The notes beneath the pieces were generated by a model that searched no databases, was not told the DNA's origin, and worked only from the letters and a program-made list of their open reading frames with translations. A program made the position numbers and the translations under genes. A DNA stretch of 64,000 nucleotides from the NCBI RefSeq assembly GCF_009914755.1, contig NC_060945.1; one strand, 5' to 3'. This stretch comes from the human T2T-CHM13v2.0 reference genome, Homo sapiens. Below are positions 26,143 to 41,857 of the stretch, piece after piece (positions within the stretch are counted from its first letter, which is position 1; the number at the start of each line of letters is the position of its first letter).

Positions 26143-29100
26143 ATTTAGAAAATAATCACCCGGCCCAGCAGCTTGACCCTGTTTTAAGGAGTCACTCAAG
26201 CCCAGTGGTGAGTTTGGTATGGTCACTAGAATGGCTTACGTTTGTCTAATGATGCAATGTTGTATTACGGAGCCCCATGCAAAGGTGCTGTGGGGGACTC
26301 TGGTTACCATGGTGCTCAATTCTCTCCTGCCTTTTAACTTATGCCTATAACTTCAATTTAGAGGAATGAATCCTAGGGAAGCTTAGGGTTATGCATGCTG
26401 CTGTGGGACTATTTGTCATGCTTCACCTTGAGAACTGGCTGGGTTGCAGTGAAGAGTAATTGATTGATTCATTCATTCATTCATTCATGGCTCAGCCTGT
26501 GTGCATCTGTGAAAACACACAGCCTTTGGGAGGGCCATGATCAAGTTTTGTGACAGGAGATTTAAGCCTAAACTGCCTAATACTGTATAACCCATGTGGA
26601 GCCCCCTAATCAGACAGGGAACCCAGTGGGGCATGATAACAGCTCCTTCCCAAGCCAGGCCACTCTGGTCACTATCAGTATCCAGGGAAGTGGTGTGGTT
26701 GCCTGTTCTCAAAACAGGATACTATCCCTGCTGAACTCTGCCACAGCATTGTCAATAGGACAGCAGAGAGTCCCAGTTATTGGAATAACCCCTGGAAGCC
26801 AGCTTGTTCCCTACGCATGCAAAAAAGTGTAGGGTGCAGAAAGATGTGCTTCTTCAATCTCTCATCTGTGTCAATAGTTATAAAAGAAACTAAGTCAGGG
26901 GAATATTTTTAAAATGTTCCTTTGAGAAATTCAATTTTATAACCAAATGTGACATTTACTGGGGCTGGAGACTGAGGAAAATTTACAGATGGAAACTGTA
27001 TTATTTTCTTGTGCTTCTTGTCGTGTGTTTTCAGCTTGAACTTCTGTTTGGATAGAGGAGGGAAGGGACAGAAGGTGACCCCTTTGTTAGGTATCTAATA
27101 ATTGATTCTCAGCAACAGAGATCTCTGAGAAGGAAAATGAGGAACACCGTCCTAATCTCTGTTGTTCTTTTATCTCTTCTTTTTTTTTCTCTATTTACAG
27201 TTAATTTCTTCATTTCAGCTTTGGCAAAGATGATGCAGATTGATTTTTTTTTTCCTATTCCTCTCACTAAGCACAACAAAAAAATCCTGGACAATATATA
27301 TGACAAACTTAAGTTGACTCTGAAAGGTGAATAGAGGAAGCCATACCAGCTAGGGACCTTGATATCTGAGGAATAACATGGGAGTGAGCTCTCTGAGTTC
27401 TTTTTTTTTTTTTTCTATATTGTTTATCCCTGACTGGATACTGGAGATGTTAGCAAATTGGAAATGTCAATAGATGCAGACAAAAATGCCCCAAGCTTGA
27501 ATTCTTTAGCCAAAGACCTAGGAGAGAGGTAGTCTAAGAAGACAGAAAACCTTTGAACAATAACCTCTGTAGCCAAACATTATAGAAAAAACAGCAATTC
27601 CACCTGGAAAGCAAAGGCTGGGTGGGGAGCTTTGGCTCCCACTCTTATCAGGTGTAATGCTGCACCCAAACCTGTTGTCAGGATGGTGTCAGGGAAGACA
27701 GAGTGGAGATTCTGAATTTTCCTTCTTGCTAAAGGACAGTGAGACTCCCTGGAGACCATATGGGGAGCCTGGTCCTCCACACGGTTCTGGTAATAATGAG
27801 GTATGTCTCCCCAGAGCCACAGGGGAGGTATTAGAGGAGGGCCAGTATAGAGTCAGGATATTCACTGCCATCCAGCTGTAACAAGGTCACTCTTGCAAAG
27901 TGTTGGTGGAGACCACCACGTGAGAAGTAGTAATGAGGTGCCCCCTCCTATCCCAGCCAGGATGGTGTTGCTGGAGACCCAGTAGGGATCCTGAGCCTTC
28001 ATTACCATCCAGCAGTAAAAAGGATGACACCTTACTAGTGAGCAATGAGGTGGTTCCCTCCTTAACTCACCAGAGTGATGTCAGAGGAGTCCTGCTATAA
28101 TACAAGATTTCAATAAGATCCAGAATCTTATAATAACACCAAAAATGCTTAGGTTTCAGTAAAAAATTACCTGTCATACCAACAGAAAGAGCTAAAACTG
28201 AATGACTAAAGACAAATATCAACACTGATATGACCCAGATTTTATAATTATATAAGGAACCTAATGCAGCCTGAAACAAATGAAGAAAAGTGCTAACAAA
28301 CAAATAGTAAGCCTCAGCAAAAAATCAGCACTTATGGAGAAGAACTGGAAAAAAATTCAGAACTAAAAATTTTAATAACTGAAATAAAAAACTCAATCGA
28401 TGGGCTGAACAGCAGGGTGGGTAAGACAGAGCAAAGAAACAGTGAACTTGTTGATAGAACAATAGAAATTATATAATCTGGACACTAGAGAGAAAATAGA
28501 CTTAAAAAAATGAACAGAGCCTTGGGAACATGTGGGGTTGTAACAAAAGATCAAACATTTATGACACAGAATATCAGGAGGAGAAGAAAAAGAAGATGAG
28601 GCTGAAGAAAGTATTCAAGGGAATAATGGCTGCAATTTTTTCAAATTAAAAAAAAAAAAAAACAACTACAGATCCAAGGAGCCAAATGAAACCCATGCAA
28701 GAAAAACCCAAGGTAATTCACTCAGAGACACATGATAAACTTCTGAAAACTAAAGAAAAAGAAAAAAATCATGAAAGCAGCCAGGGAGAAGTAGTGCATT
28801 ATCAATAGGGAAAGGTAATTCAAGTGACAGAGGTTTTCTACTTAGAAACTGTGGAGGTCAGAACAAAATAGCATAACATTTTTCAACCACTGGGAAAAAA
28901 AACATTTTCAGCTCAGAATTTTATAGCAGCAAAAATGTCTTTCATGAATTAAATGAAAATCAAGGCACTCAGGCATTTTCAGATGAAAGAAAACAAAGAG
29001 AATTTGTCACCAGCAGACCTACCCTGAAAGAAAGGAAGTTCTCTCAACAAAAAGGAAATAATAAAAGAAGCAATCTTGACACATCTTAGAGGTAGAAAGA

Positions 29101-29334
29101 ACATGGAAAGAGAAAATATATAGGCAAACACAGTAGACTTTTCTTGAGTTTTCTAAATTATGCTTGATGGCTGAAGCACACATTATAGCATGGTCTACTG
29201 TGATTCTTAATATATGTAGAGGAAATATTTAAGACAACTATATTTTAAATAGGGGAAGGGAAACGAATGTAAAGGGAGCTAAGATTTCTATGTTTCCCTT
29301 GAATTGGTCAATATTAACAGCAGTAGTTAAGAGA

Positions 29335-29370
29335 TACATATATATATGTATATATATATATATATATATA
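29335..29370. repeat. (TA)n
   Basis: Read directly. Confidence 0.9.
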
Positions 29371-29870
29371 AATTACATTGTGTATATATACATAAACACA
29401 GAATGTAATTCCTAGAACAGCCACTGAAAAAGCTAAACAAAGAGATATATTCAAAAACACTATAGATAAATCAAAGTTGAATTTTAGAAAATGTTGAAAT
29501 AACCCACAGAATTTCAGAAAAAAACCCCAGAGAATCACAAAACAAAAAACAAATAGAAAACAAAAAATTAAATGGCCAACCTAAGCCTTAACGTGCTAAT
29601 AATTATATTAAACATAAATGGTCCAAATACACCAATTAAAAAACAGAGATTAGCAGAGTGTATAAAAAGCAACTCCAACTACATATCATTAAAAAAAACT
29701 CACTTCAAATATAATGGTATGGGTAGATTGAAAGTAAAAAGATGGAAAAAGATGTACCACACAAGCATTAATTTAAAAAAAGTATGGCAATATTATTACA
29801 CAAAGTAGACTGCAGAGCAAAGAAAATATGAGAGATGGAGAGAAAAATTACATAATAATAAAGATTAAAT

Positions 29871-30291
29871 AATGGAGAATATTACGTTAAGTGAAGTAAG
29901 CCAGGCGCAGAAAGAAAAATATATGTCCTCACTCATACTTGAGAGCTAAAAAATTGATCTAATGGAGTAATGAGTAGAATGGTAACCAGAAGCCTGGAAG
30001 GATCAGGAGGCAGATGAGCAAAGGTTGGTTAGTGTATACAAAAATACATTTAGATAGAAAGAATAAGCTCCATTGTTTGATAGCACAGTAGAATGACTAT
30101 AGTTAATGATGCTGTGTTGTATATTTCAAAATAGCTAGAAGAAAACTTGAAATGTTCCCAACACAAATGAATAATATATGTTTGAGGTGATGGATATCCC
30201 AAATACCCTGACTTGATCATTCCACATTGTATGTATCTATCAAAATATCACGAGATATTCATAAATATGAACAACCATTAAGTACCAATAC
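29871..30291 (+). mobile_element. L1MA-type 3' end nested in the L1M endonuclease region
   Basis: taagtgaagtaagccagg...gaggtgatggatatccc; degenerate TSD aataaagattaaat/aataaaggtttaat. Confidence 0.8.
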
Positions 30292-32029
30292 AATAAAGGT
30301 TTAATCAACCAAGAATACATAGCAATCCTAAATGTGTATGCAACAAACAACAGAGGTGCAAAATATGTGGAGCAAAAACTGATAGAACTGAAAGGGGAAA
30401 TAAATCCACGAATATAGTTGAAGATGCCAACACCCTTCTCTTAACAATTGTTAGGACAACTACAGAGAAAATCGGTAAGGATACAGAGAAAATCAACATC
30501 ATCAACCAACAGGATCAAATCAATGTTTATAGAATTTGCCACACAACAACAGCAGAATACACGTTCTTTCCAAATGCCCACAGCATATATACCAAGACAG
30601 ACCTCAACAAAAGAATTGAAATCATACCGAGTATGCTCTCTGATCACAATGGAATCGAACTTTTAAAAAATAAAATTTTTTTGGTTTCTTTTCTTCTTTT
30701 TCTCTTTTTTACTTGTGCCACCCCCATGTTTGCTTCCTACCAGTCTAGCATGTCATTATTCTGAATGCTGCAGTGAGGGTGCAGTTCTTCAGAAGTTTTT
30801 GGAGTGCGATGTGGTTTTCATGGCTCAGAGTTTTAAAGAAAAGGGAGGAATGGACTCTCCATTCTCTTTAGCTTCTTTATTGGAACACTCTCTCTGATCT
30901 TGGAGAATTAGCATAACCCTCACATCGCTCTATTGTGACTGTTCTTGGAACCTTTCTATAGAATACTAGAGGAAAGAGGAAGATAGTTAGATTCTGAGTC
31001 TGTGTCATGGAAGATGGATTTGCATCTTTTGTGCAGTTTAAACAGTTTTGTGACAAAAAGAATTAAGCAGAGCAGAAAAAATAGCTTTCCTTATGAAATC
31101 AAAAATCCAACAGTAAACTTCCAATTCAGAAGGCAGAAGTCAAGAATGACTGCATCTGCTGGGGGCCCCTCTCTCCCCCGGGGACCAGTCATTGCAGAAT
31201 CATGTCCTTTGTTTATATCATCCTTTTAGCACTGCCGAGCCAAGAAACTCAGTTCTGCTCAACCGTGATGAATATTTTTCCAAAACCACATATTCACAAT
31301 CATGAGATTCTCATTGACAATTCTGTGGTTCCTAATTTTTTAAAATATCTATCTGTGAGGAAGAAAAAATGACTCTCTCCACTTTTAGCTATAAGGTGGG
31401 CTATTGGCCAAGCACGGCCAGGGGCCTCTGTCCCTGACAGGCAGCAGCTGTTCAGCCTCCCTGTCCCAGAGCACAGCAGAAGGCAGGGGAGAGGGGGTGG
31501 AAGCAGGATTCAGGGCGCTCAAGGCAAGAATTCTTTCCCAAGGCTTTATCCTCCCTGGGACTGGGTGCTAGGGCAGATGGTGCTTGCATTTTCCATCACT
31601 CAGAAAGCCATGGCCAGAGACAGGAGGGTGGGGAAGGGGAGGGAAGAGGTCCAAACATCATTTCCGGAAGCTCTTCAGATTCCCTGCATTTTAAAATCTC
31701 GTAATTCTTCTCTCTGAATACCACAGAGCCAATGCCATACAATGTTGTGGCATTTGCTGGGCCACATTCCCTAGTGAGATGGGAGAAGAATTACTGTGCC
31801 TAAGGCAGCAACCAGCTTAAACATTTTCATTTCCTTCTTAGCTCTTCCACCAGGAAATCCTGCTATCATCTTCCTTGTCCTCTCCCTACTCCTTGCTGTT
31901 CATTTCTCAACTCTGTGATTTTGTGCTTCCGGCCTTAGTCAGAGCCAGCCTCTCTGTTCCTGGTTCTCTATGAGAAGGTGCCTAGGTTCCTGCCTTGATG
32001 AGCAAGTCAAGACTGTGGACTAGGTGAAC

Positions 32030-32285
32030 TTCAAGTCAGTGTGGAAAATGCCCTTGCTCTCAGGAGATATACACTCAAATACTTAGGGCAACATATCCTG
32101 ATGACTATAACTCTTAAATGGAGAGAGAGAGAGAGAGAACACAAATAAAGGAGGCAAATGTGACAAATGTTTACAAACGGGGGGATCCAGGTAATGGGTA
32201 TATCATGTGTATTATATTATTCTTGTGGCTTTTCTACAGATTTGCCATTTTTCAAAGTTAAAAAAAGATAAAAAATCTGTATGGT
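32030..32285 (+). mobile_element. L1ME/MC 3'UTR fragment
   Basis: aggcaaatgtgacaaatgtt...gggtatatc...ttttcaaa. Confidence 0.6.
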
Positions 32286-33269
32286 GAGTGTAAACTGCTT
32301 CCCCTAAGCCCCAGGTCAGAACAATGGCCTCTGACCTGGGGAAGTTGTATGGTTTGGGTATTGACCTGGCTGGATGTACCAGTTACTTGGTTTCATTCCA
32401 GTGTGTGATGCTCTTGCATGGTTCACCAGGCCATGCTCTGGTAGGAGTATCGAGTGGTATCCCTAATATTTTAAATGCATTGCTTGTGGCTCTTCTGAGC
32501 CTTGAGGTGCCGATACTCCAATGAAGACCCACTGAATCAAAATCTCTGCGGATAAAAGTAAATAATATGCATTTCTTTAAACCATTCCTATGGATAGATC
32601 TAATTTTAAGATGGTAAGACAGAGACTTTTGTCTCCTTTGGAAAACAGTAAAGATACCAAGAAACTGAAGGAAATCTTCACTTTTGATGCAACTATGAAA
32701 TGCCTACAACCTCAGAACATGTATGTAGAGGGAGGGCTATTGTTACATGCAGCAGAAATTGGGCCAGGATAAAGGTGGTGAGTGAGAAACGATGCCTAGC
32801 CCCAGAAATCTATGGCAGAGCTGGCTGCCCACAGCCTTCTTCATCCTGGGGGCATAGTCAAAGCATTACCAATGTTTAGAGCAACAAGATGAAGATGTGG
32901 TACTGGCTATGAGAGCCTTCCTGGACAGTGTGTGATACCACAAAGGGACTGGAGGAAGCACAGAGACAGAAGAAAATGCTCAGATCTGCCATTTTGCAAA
33001 GGGAATCTTTTTGTGTGGCTGAGTGGAAAAGAAACTGTGGACAGTGAGCAGCTCTGTGGCTGCCAACCTTTGTTAGCTGTGTGATGTAAGGACTAAACCT
33101 CTGACAAAGCCCGGAATTAGACAGAACTTTACTCTAGCCCAAGAGACTTCTTGCTCTGTGCTATGCTTCCTGGGCCCTTCTCAACACTTCCTTTCACAAA
33201 TTACTGACCCAGAAAGAAATCCCCTGTTTCATGAGGAGCCAGCAGTGGATCTATCCAAAATATTACAGG

Positions 33270-35009
<1,740 letters not shown>

Positions 35010-35035
<26 letters not shown>
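35010..35035. repeat. (TA)n
   Basis: Read directly. Confidence 0.9.
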
Positions 35036-35040
<5 letters not shown>

Positions 35041-35829
35041 CTTAAAAAGCTCTACAGATGATTCTAGCCAGCACTGGGTGTTGAGCAGCCCCAGTTTTTC
35101 ATTCCAGGGCTTCTGACAAGCTAATGGTAGTTGTACTGTATCTCAGTGGTAGGGATAAAGTGATGATTGCTATCTCTGTTTCATGTGGGTTTTGGCAGAC
35201 CAGCAAAGAATTTCATTGATTTACTTGTGTCTGAAATTTCCTGATTTCAGAAGAAGGTTACAGTCAACTAAAAAAACATAAAAATAAAAACAAAAGCCCA
35301 ATTATGAAGTTATAAAGTACTGGGGCTTTGGGTCTTCTAAGCTACCACTGATACTTTTGTCTTCATGCTAGAATGCCTGCATTTCAACTCCTCTGAATTA
35401 ATAGAATGGCTTCTTAGCGTATCTCCTGGATTCTGACCTCTTTGCCTTTCAGTTCTCCCTCTTTCCCACCTTTACCCTGCTGGTCCCTTGCATCATGACT
35501 CCTTGTGGGCACTCCACAAGACACCCCGTGCCCTGGATGCCCAGAGTAACATGGCCCCAAGACACATGCTGCAGGTGGACAGGTCACCCGGTGCAATGGC
35601 TATTTCCATCTTTGCTCCTGTTCTTCCCCAGGCAGGAGTAATCCCAAACCCACCTGCTGCTCGGTCCTACACTGATTCCTTTTTCTCCTGAATCCTATTT
35701 TACACCCAGGTAATAGCTCATAATTTAGCCCTTAATTGTTCTCCAATTACCTTATCGGTGATAATTTTTCTCCAACTTGAGTTTGAGCTCCTTCATGGGA
35801 AAGACCATGGGGCTCTGTGTTCTAAGCCG

Positions 35830-36670
35830 ATCCCACATCTTATGGCCTCCCACCATCCTCACAGCTACTAGCTTAGCTCAGGCCACCCTCCTTTCTCGCC
35901 TGGTCTACGCCAGGCAGGTCTCCCTGCTTTTCCTCTTGGGCCTCCTGTGGTCTGTTCCCTATATGGCAGCCAGAGCCATCACTGGCTTCGAAGTAGAAAT
36001 AAGCTGACTTATTTCCCTGGCTTAAAACCCTTTCCAGCACACTTGTGATAAGATCTAAGCTTCAGGTGGCATGGAGTTCCTGCAGGATCTGTCCCTAGGC
36101 TCCCTCCACCCTCATTTCCCAGCCTTCTCCCCATCACTCACACTGCAGTCTTTGACTTTCTTGCCCAGTCCTTCCCCGGGGCCATTGTACTTGCCAGAAA
36201 AGCTCTCCCACTACCCCCCCGGAGTGGCTCTCTATGTCATATCATCCAGGTCATGGTTACAATGTCACCTCTTCCAAGGCCTTCCCTGACACCATATCTA
36301 GCATAGTTCCCATCTTCACTCCCTCATCACTTCCCAATGTTTTCCCTGCTTAATTTATTGTAGCTTTCATCTTCATTGTGTATGTGGGTAGACAGTATAA
36401 TCTGGGGTTAGACTCTCAGAGTTTAAATCTCAGCTCCACTACTTGAGCTGCATGACATTGGGAAAGTCCTTAACCTCCTTGTGCCTCATTTTCCTCATCT
36501 GTACAATAGGGATAATGTTATACATAGTTTATGAAACTACAGTGAGAATAAAAGGAGAGATTAATGATATGAAAACCACTTAGAAGGCTGACAGGCAGGA
36601 GGTGAGGACTACATCAATCTTTGTTTCTTTATTTACTCATTATTGCCCGACTCCCTACCCTAGACTGTCA
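35830..36670 (+). mobile_element. L2 fragment with an embedded MIR (about 36380-36600)
   Basis: L2 aatgtcacctcttccaaggccttccctgac; MIR ttttcctcatctgtacaataggg. Confidence 0.7.
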
Positions 36671-36677
36671 ACTCTGG

Positions 36678-37065
36678 TGTATTAGTCAACTCAGCCTACT
36701 GTAACAAAGTACCACAAACTGGAGGGCTTAAACAACAGGCATTTATTTTCTCAAAGTTCTGGAGGCTGGAAGTCCAAGACCAAGGTTTCAGTGGGGCTGG
36801 TTCCTTGGAGGCCTCTGTCCTTGGCTTGGGGATGGCGTCTTCTCCCTGTGTCCTTATAGGGTTGTCCCTCTGTGTGTGCCTGTGTCCTCATCTTCTCTTC
36901 TTATAAGACCACCAGTCAGCTTGGATTAAAGCCCACCCTAGTGACCTCATTTTACCTCTATCACTTCTTTAAAGGCTCTATCTCCAAATACAGTCCCATT
37001 CTGAGGTACTGGGGGTTAGGACTTCAACATACAAATTTTGAGGGCATGCAATTTAGCCCCTAACA
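36678..37065 (-). mobile_element. MLT1A/B solo LTR
   Basis: tgtattagt...cccctaaca; perfect TSD TCTGG. Confidence 0.92.
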
Positions 37066-39615
37066 TCTGGAGAAGTAGGGTTGCGACATGGTTAGCCCTG
37101 TATCTCAGCAGGCAGACATGCATTTTCCAGCACACTTCAGTGTCTCAGTAATGACCCCTTGGAAGCCTGAGAGCATTTCCCACAGAGCTGGTCCCTCTGC
37201 CCCACAGCCATAAAACATGGAGTGACTACTGGGTGCCAAGCTGAGAAGGTACTTGAGGAACGTCCTTGAGAAGCACCAAACTGGGGAACACTCCGGGCCT
37301 TGGATTGTGTTCACTAAAATTTAAATGACTCCTTCATAGCCCAGTGGCAAGTAGGGGACCATCAGCCTCACTGAGGTGTTGATGCTGGGCCCCTGGGCAA
37401 GCTGGTGACTGGAAAGGAGAGGAGGGTGTGGGTACCCTGAGCTTCCAGTAGTGGGGCTGTAGGTCAGCACTCAGTCAAGTGGGTGGCTCAAGCCCCGCTG
37501 CAGAACACACCTCCACTCTAATCAAACAAGCCCATGTCTATCTCGTTCCTTGGCCTGCTCCTCAAGCCCCAAGTAAGGCTTAGAAGACAGCCCTTCTTGG
37601 AACCAGTTTCCAATCTTACATAAGGTGTCAGAATCGCCAGTGGTTGGAATTCTTCCATGAGAGCTGTGGAAAAGGGCTGTATTTTGCTTACAATCAGGTG
37701 AACCTCACTCTATACAACAGTTGAATCCCCCAAACATTGTGTGTGAATTTTAAGTCCAAGTCTACCTTAAATAGGCAGGGCTGGAGGGGGTCACTATTTA
37801 TAGTAAATATCCAATGTGCTTTTTTTGGCAAGCAGAGAAGTCTTCTATTTTAACTTTTCTGTTTTGTAAATGTCACCTTTATACACACAGGCATGCATGC
37901 ATGTATACACATTGTGGCATTCAAGTCTGTGAGGACCAAGTATCTAGCTGTGCTTTAATTCTAAAAGGCGAAGGCTTTGTTAAGTAGCTCAAACTGCAGG
38001 GGAAATTATGATCTGAGTTTAAGCTAATATATCACGAAAAAGCCTAGACACAGCATCTGTCAACTTGGGTGATCTTGCTTCTATCTGGGCAGCCACCTGG
38101 TAAATTTGTATTTTGCAACAGCAGCTGCAGAGACTGTGTTTACCCTGTGTAGATAGTCAGAGAAATATGAAGAAACTGGGGGTTCTTCCTCTTCTATTTG
38201 TGCTAGCGGTAGGCTGACTTAGTTGAACACATTCTGGCAGTTTTGTAAAAGAGTACAATGCCTTAGAATTTTGAGCTGCTAAGTCGGTCCCCTCAACAGC
38301 CAGGGGAGAGACAGGGCAGACATCTTGACTGATGTGTGACATCATTTGTTGCCAGGAGGAAAAAGCAGGACTGGCTCCAAGATGAAGCAGTCAGACCTAC
38401 AGGAGAGTAGCCACAGCTACTGGTTTTCAAAAGGTAGGACAGAGACTCTTAAAAAGGCTAGGAAGATTCGGACAAGGTGAATGGAGAGAGCCAACAGCAG
38501 AGCCGTGCTCATGAAGAGCATAGACAATCATGGAGAGCATAGACACTCAACATTCACAGCAGAGAATTACTAGTGAAGATCAATGTAGTAAAACTGAGGA
38601 AAGAGGAAAAACATGTTTTATAGTCTTTTCTTTAACATTTTGCTTATTTTGTGTTATTTGATTCATTAATATTTTAGGCACAGTAATTCCTGATTTATTA
38701 GTATGTCTGCTTAAATGAGTAAAACATGGAGTAATAAAATTTTAGGTTCTTAGTTTTTGAAATTCAGAGATTGTTACGCCTGACTACTTACTGTGCCTCC
38801 ACAGTAACCAACACAGTAGCCCCAATGGCTGGAAGCGAATTTGACTCTTTGCCCATATGCTATACCCTCAGCTTCTTAATATTGATGGGTATCGCACAGG
38901 TACCAACTTTGATTTATTGCAAATCTGATTTAGAGTGGGTACAGAGAGACTTGAAAGGGCTGTGTCCATTTATGACTGAATTTTTGAGAGTTTATTCTTC
39001 AGGAAGTACCTCTGGTGCCAGACATTTATATTTTTAACGATTTGGATGTATTTTGCTTTATGCACAGGGTGTGGTTGATATCTACAATCGTTTTTGTGCA
39101 TCAGGAAATAAGGTTATTAAAATATTATTAAAATAGGTTTCCACAGGCACTTTGCTACATGTGACAAAATGCATAATTAGCTGGAATTAAGAGCTAATAG
39201 GTTTATAACATCAACGCCCCACTTCTAAAATAATATTTAGCTGCTACTTATGTGCACTGCTGTAACTCTTGTAAGAAAAAAAATGCTCCATGGCTCCTAA
39301 AAGTCTTATTGGCTTACCTTGTCTCTTTAAGCAATTTTAAAATATAAAGGTTTTTTTTTGTTTTTTTTTTTTTTTTTGGTGAAGAGAGAGAAGGTGAGCT
39401 TCTGCTATATTGGCAGTTTGGAGGTTGAGTTTAAACTGCTTGAAATGATGGGACCTCAGGAAAGACCATATGAAAATATCAGCTTTTCAGGCCAATGAGT
39501 CATCCGGCATCACAAGCCGGGTTGTGGGGCTTGAGGCCGGTTTCAGTCTACGTCATCCAACAGCTGACGCTTGACAGAGACACAGGAAAGGAATATGCAA
39601 TTCTCCAATTCTCTA

Positions 39616-39913
39616 TTTTTTTTTTTTTGTTTTAGGTAGATTCTCACCCTGTCACCCAGTCTAGAGTGCAATGGTGTGATCTTGGCTGACTGCAATCTCT
39701 GCCTCCTACATTCAAGTGATCCTCCCACCTCAGCCTCCCAAGTAGCTGGGACAACAAGTGTGCACCACCATGCCTGGTTAATTTTTGTATTTTTAGGAGA
39801 GAGGAGGTTTCACGTGTTGGCCAGGGTGGTCTTGAATTCCTGACCTCAGGTGAGCCACCTGCCTCAGCCTCCCAAAGAGCTAGGATTACAGGTGTGAGCC
39901 ACCATGGCCGGCC
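39616..39913 (-). mobile_element. Alu (J/S)
   Basis: Full dimer; degenerate TSD aggaatat...ttct. Confidence 0.93.
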
Positions 39914-40375
39914 AGGAATATCCAGTTCTTTAATAGTGTTTCTTTTTTAAAACATTGGCATTCAGATTAAATATCTGTATGCCATTGTTTAATACACCGC
40001 AAAAACAAGTCAGGTGAGAGATGAAACCTAGAGAGAACTAGACAACAAGTTACCCAGACTTGTAAGCTCTGTGCATGATTAGGTAGCTTCAAATACAAAG
40101 CTTTGAAGATGTGCAGGGGTTTCAGAGGTGGAGGGACTCAGGCCCTTCTGGTAGGGCCACGTGTTTGCATTGTCTTATTGGACTGTTACAGGAGCTGTCT
40201 CTTCAAAGGCACTTGCTCCTAGCAAACTTATGCCTTTCCAAAGTCTCCTCTAAAAATGAGTAGAGGACACTTTGTTTTACTTTTACTGAAGTGAAAACAC
40301 CAAGGCATGCTTTAGGGGTCTCTAGCACTTCTGTGGGTCCATCAGTCCCCATTCTCCCCATCTGTCTCTCTCTCT

Positions 40376-40508
40376 CTTTTTTTTTTTTTTTGAGACTGGG
40401 TCTTGTTGTATTGCCCAGGCTGGTCTTGAAATTTGGGGCTCAAGTGATCCTCTTGCCTTGGACTCCCAAAGTGCTGGGATTACAGGCATGAGTCACTGTG
40501 CCTGGCCC
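40376..40508 (-). mobile_element. Alu monomer (FLAM-like)
   Basis: Single arm with poly-T. Confidence 0.85.
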
Positions 40509-41247
40509 AGAAAAAGATGTTCTCTATGCCCATGAGGCTTCAAGAGAAGCTGGTTTCCTTATCTTCACTATTTAGAGCTAGATCCCAAGTACCTCCAGGA
40601 TAGAGCCCTAATCCTGACCCCAAACATAATTTGTGTACAGAAACTCCGTGTAGGAGTGTTAGAAAAGCTGGAGGCCCTATTGATAGGTGATTCAGATATG
40701 CTGGGAATAATGTAAAGTGTGTGTCTGGTGGAAAGAGCTGTATTTTTAACGTGATGCTGAAATCACCAAGAAATACTCTACTTCACTTGATACGAAAAAC
40801 AGAAGTTACCATTATACAGAAAAAAAGTGGAGGAGGCCTTATGCAAATATTTTCAGATAACCGTATATACTGTTTTTTTGCCAGTCGTGTCCCATCATGT
40901 CCACCCCCAGTTCTCAGCTGTCTGCATGGGCAGGAGAGGAAAGGAAAGACACTGGCTGGAGGGGGAGGCAGGGGCCTGACTCTTCTGAGCTTGAACTGTC
41001 TCATTCTGTACAATACGGATCCAGCTCCTCTTTGAGAAGCCAGTGGTAGAACAAGCAATTTTTTGAGCTCCTTATAGCTTATCTAATTAATCATTTTATG
41101 AATGGAGGAGCCAGCTTAGAAAGAACTTGTCCATGTCATACCCCTGTTAAGGGCTGAGGCACTACGTGCTCTTGCTGATGCTTTCATAAATGATAACTCA
41201 GGCACTTTCCCACTGTCTGGTTTTTATGGGGTGGTTTATAATTTGGT

Positions 41248-41511
41248 GACTGGGGACTTCAACACCCCACTCTCAGTCTTGGACAGATCATCTAGATAGA
41301 AGATCAACAAAGAAGTGTTGGATTTAAACTGTACTCAAGACCAAATGGTCCTAACAGACATTTACAGAACATCTCACTCAACCGTTGCAGAACACACATT
41401 TATGTGCTCATCAGCACATGAAACTCTCAGCAGTGTAGATCGTGTGTTAGACCACAAACCAAATTTCAACAAATTAAAAAAAATCATATCAGGAAACTTC
41501 TTAGACTACTA
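41248..41511 (+). mobile_element. L1 ORF2 endonuclease fragment
   Basis: ggggacttcaacaccccactctca (GDFNTPLS); LTDIYRT. Confidence 0.88.
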
Positions 41512-41514
41512 ACT

Positions 41515-41857
41515 TAGGTGTTGCTGTGAAGATATTTTGTGGATGTGATCATAATTGGTTGACTTTAAATTAAGGGGAGGTTATCGCAGATAATCTGAGT
41601 GGGCCTGACTCAATTAGGCAAAGTTCTTTAAACGCTGGCTTGAAGCTTCCCTGAGAAAAGAAGACATTCTGTCTGTGGATGGTGGATTCAGTTCCTGCCT
41701 GAGAGCTCCTGCCTGCTGTTCTTGGTGGCCTGCCCTTCAGGCTTTAAGACTTGCTTAGTCAGCCCTCACAATTACATAACACAATGTCTTGTAATAAGCC
41801 TCTTACTGTGTATCACTTCCTCATTCTGCTTCTCTATTGAACCCTGACTGGTATACC
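41515..41857 (+). mobile_element. MLT2 (ERVL) LTR, partial
   Basis: gctgtgaagatattttgtggatgtgat...gggcctgactcaat...accctgact. Confidence 0.75.

Larger units (their letters stand above)
27230..30670 (+). mobile_element. Old L1M (5' region, decayed ORF1, ORF2 endonuclease)
   Basis: ORF 29572-29808 (LNINGPNTPIKKQRLAE) is L1 endonuclease N-terminal sequence; ORF1 remnants at about 28330-29050. Confidence 0.88.
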
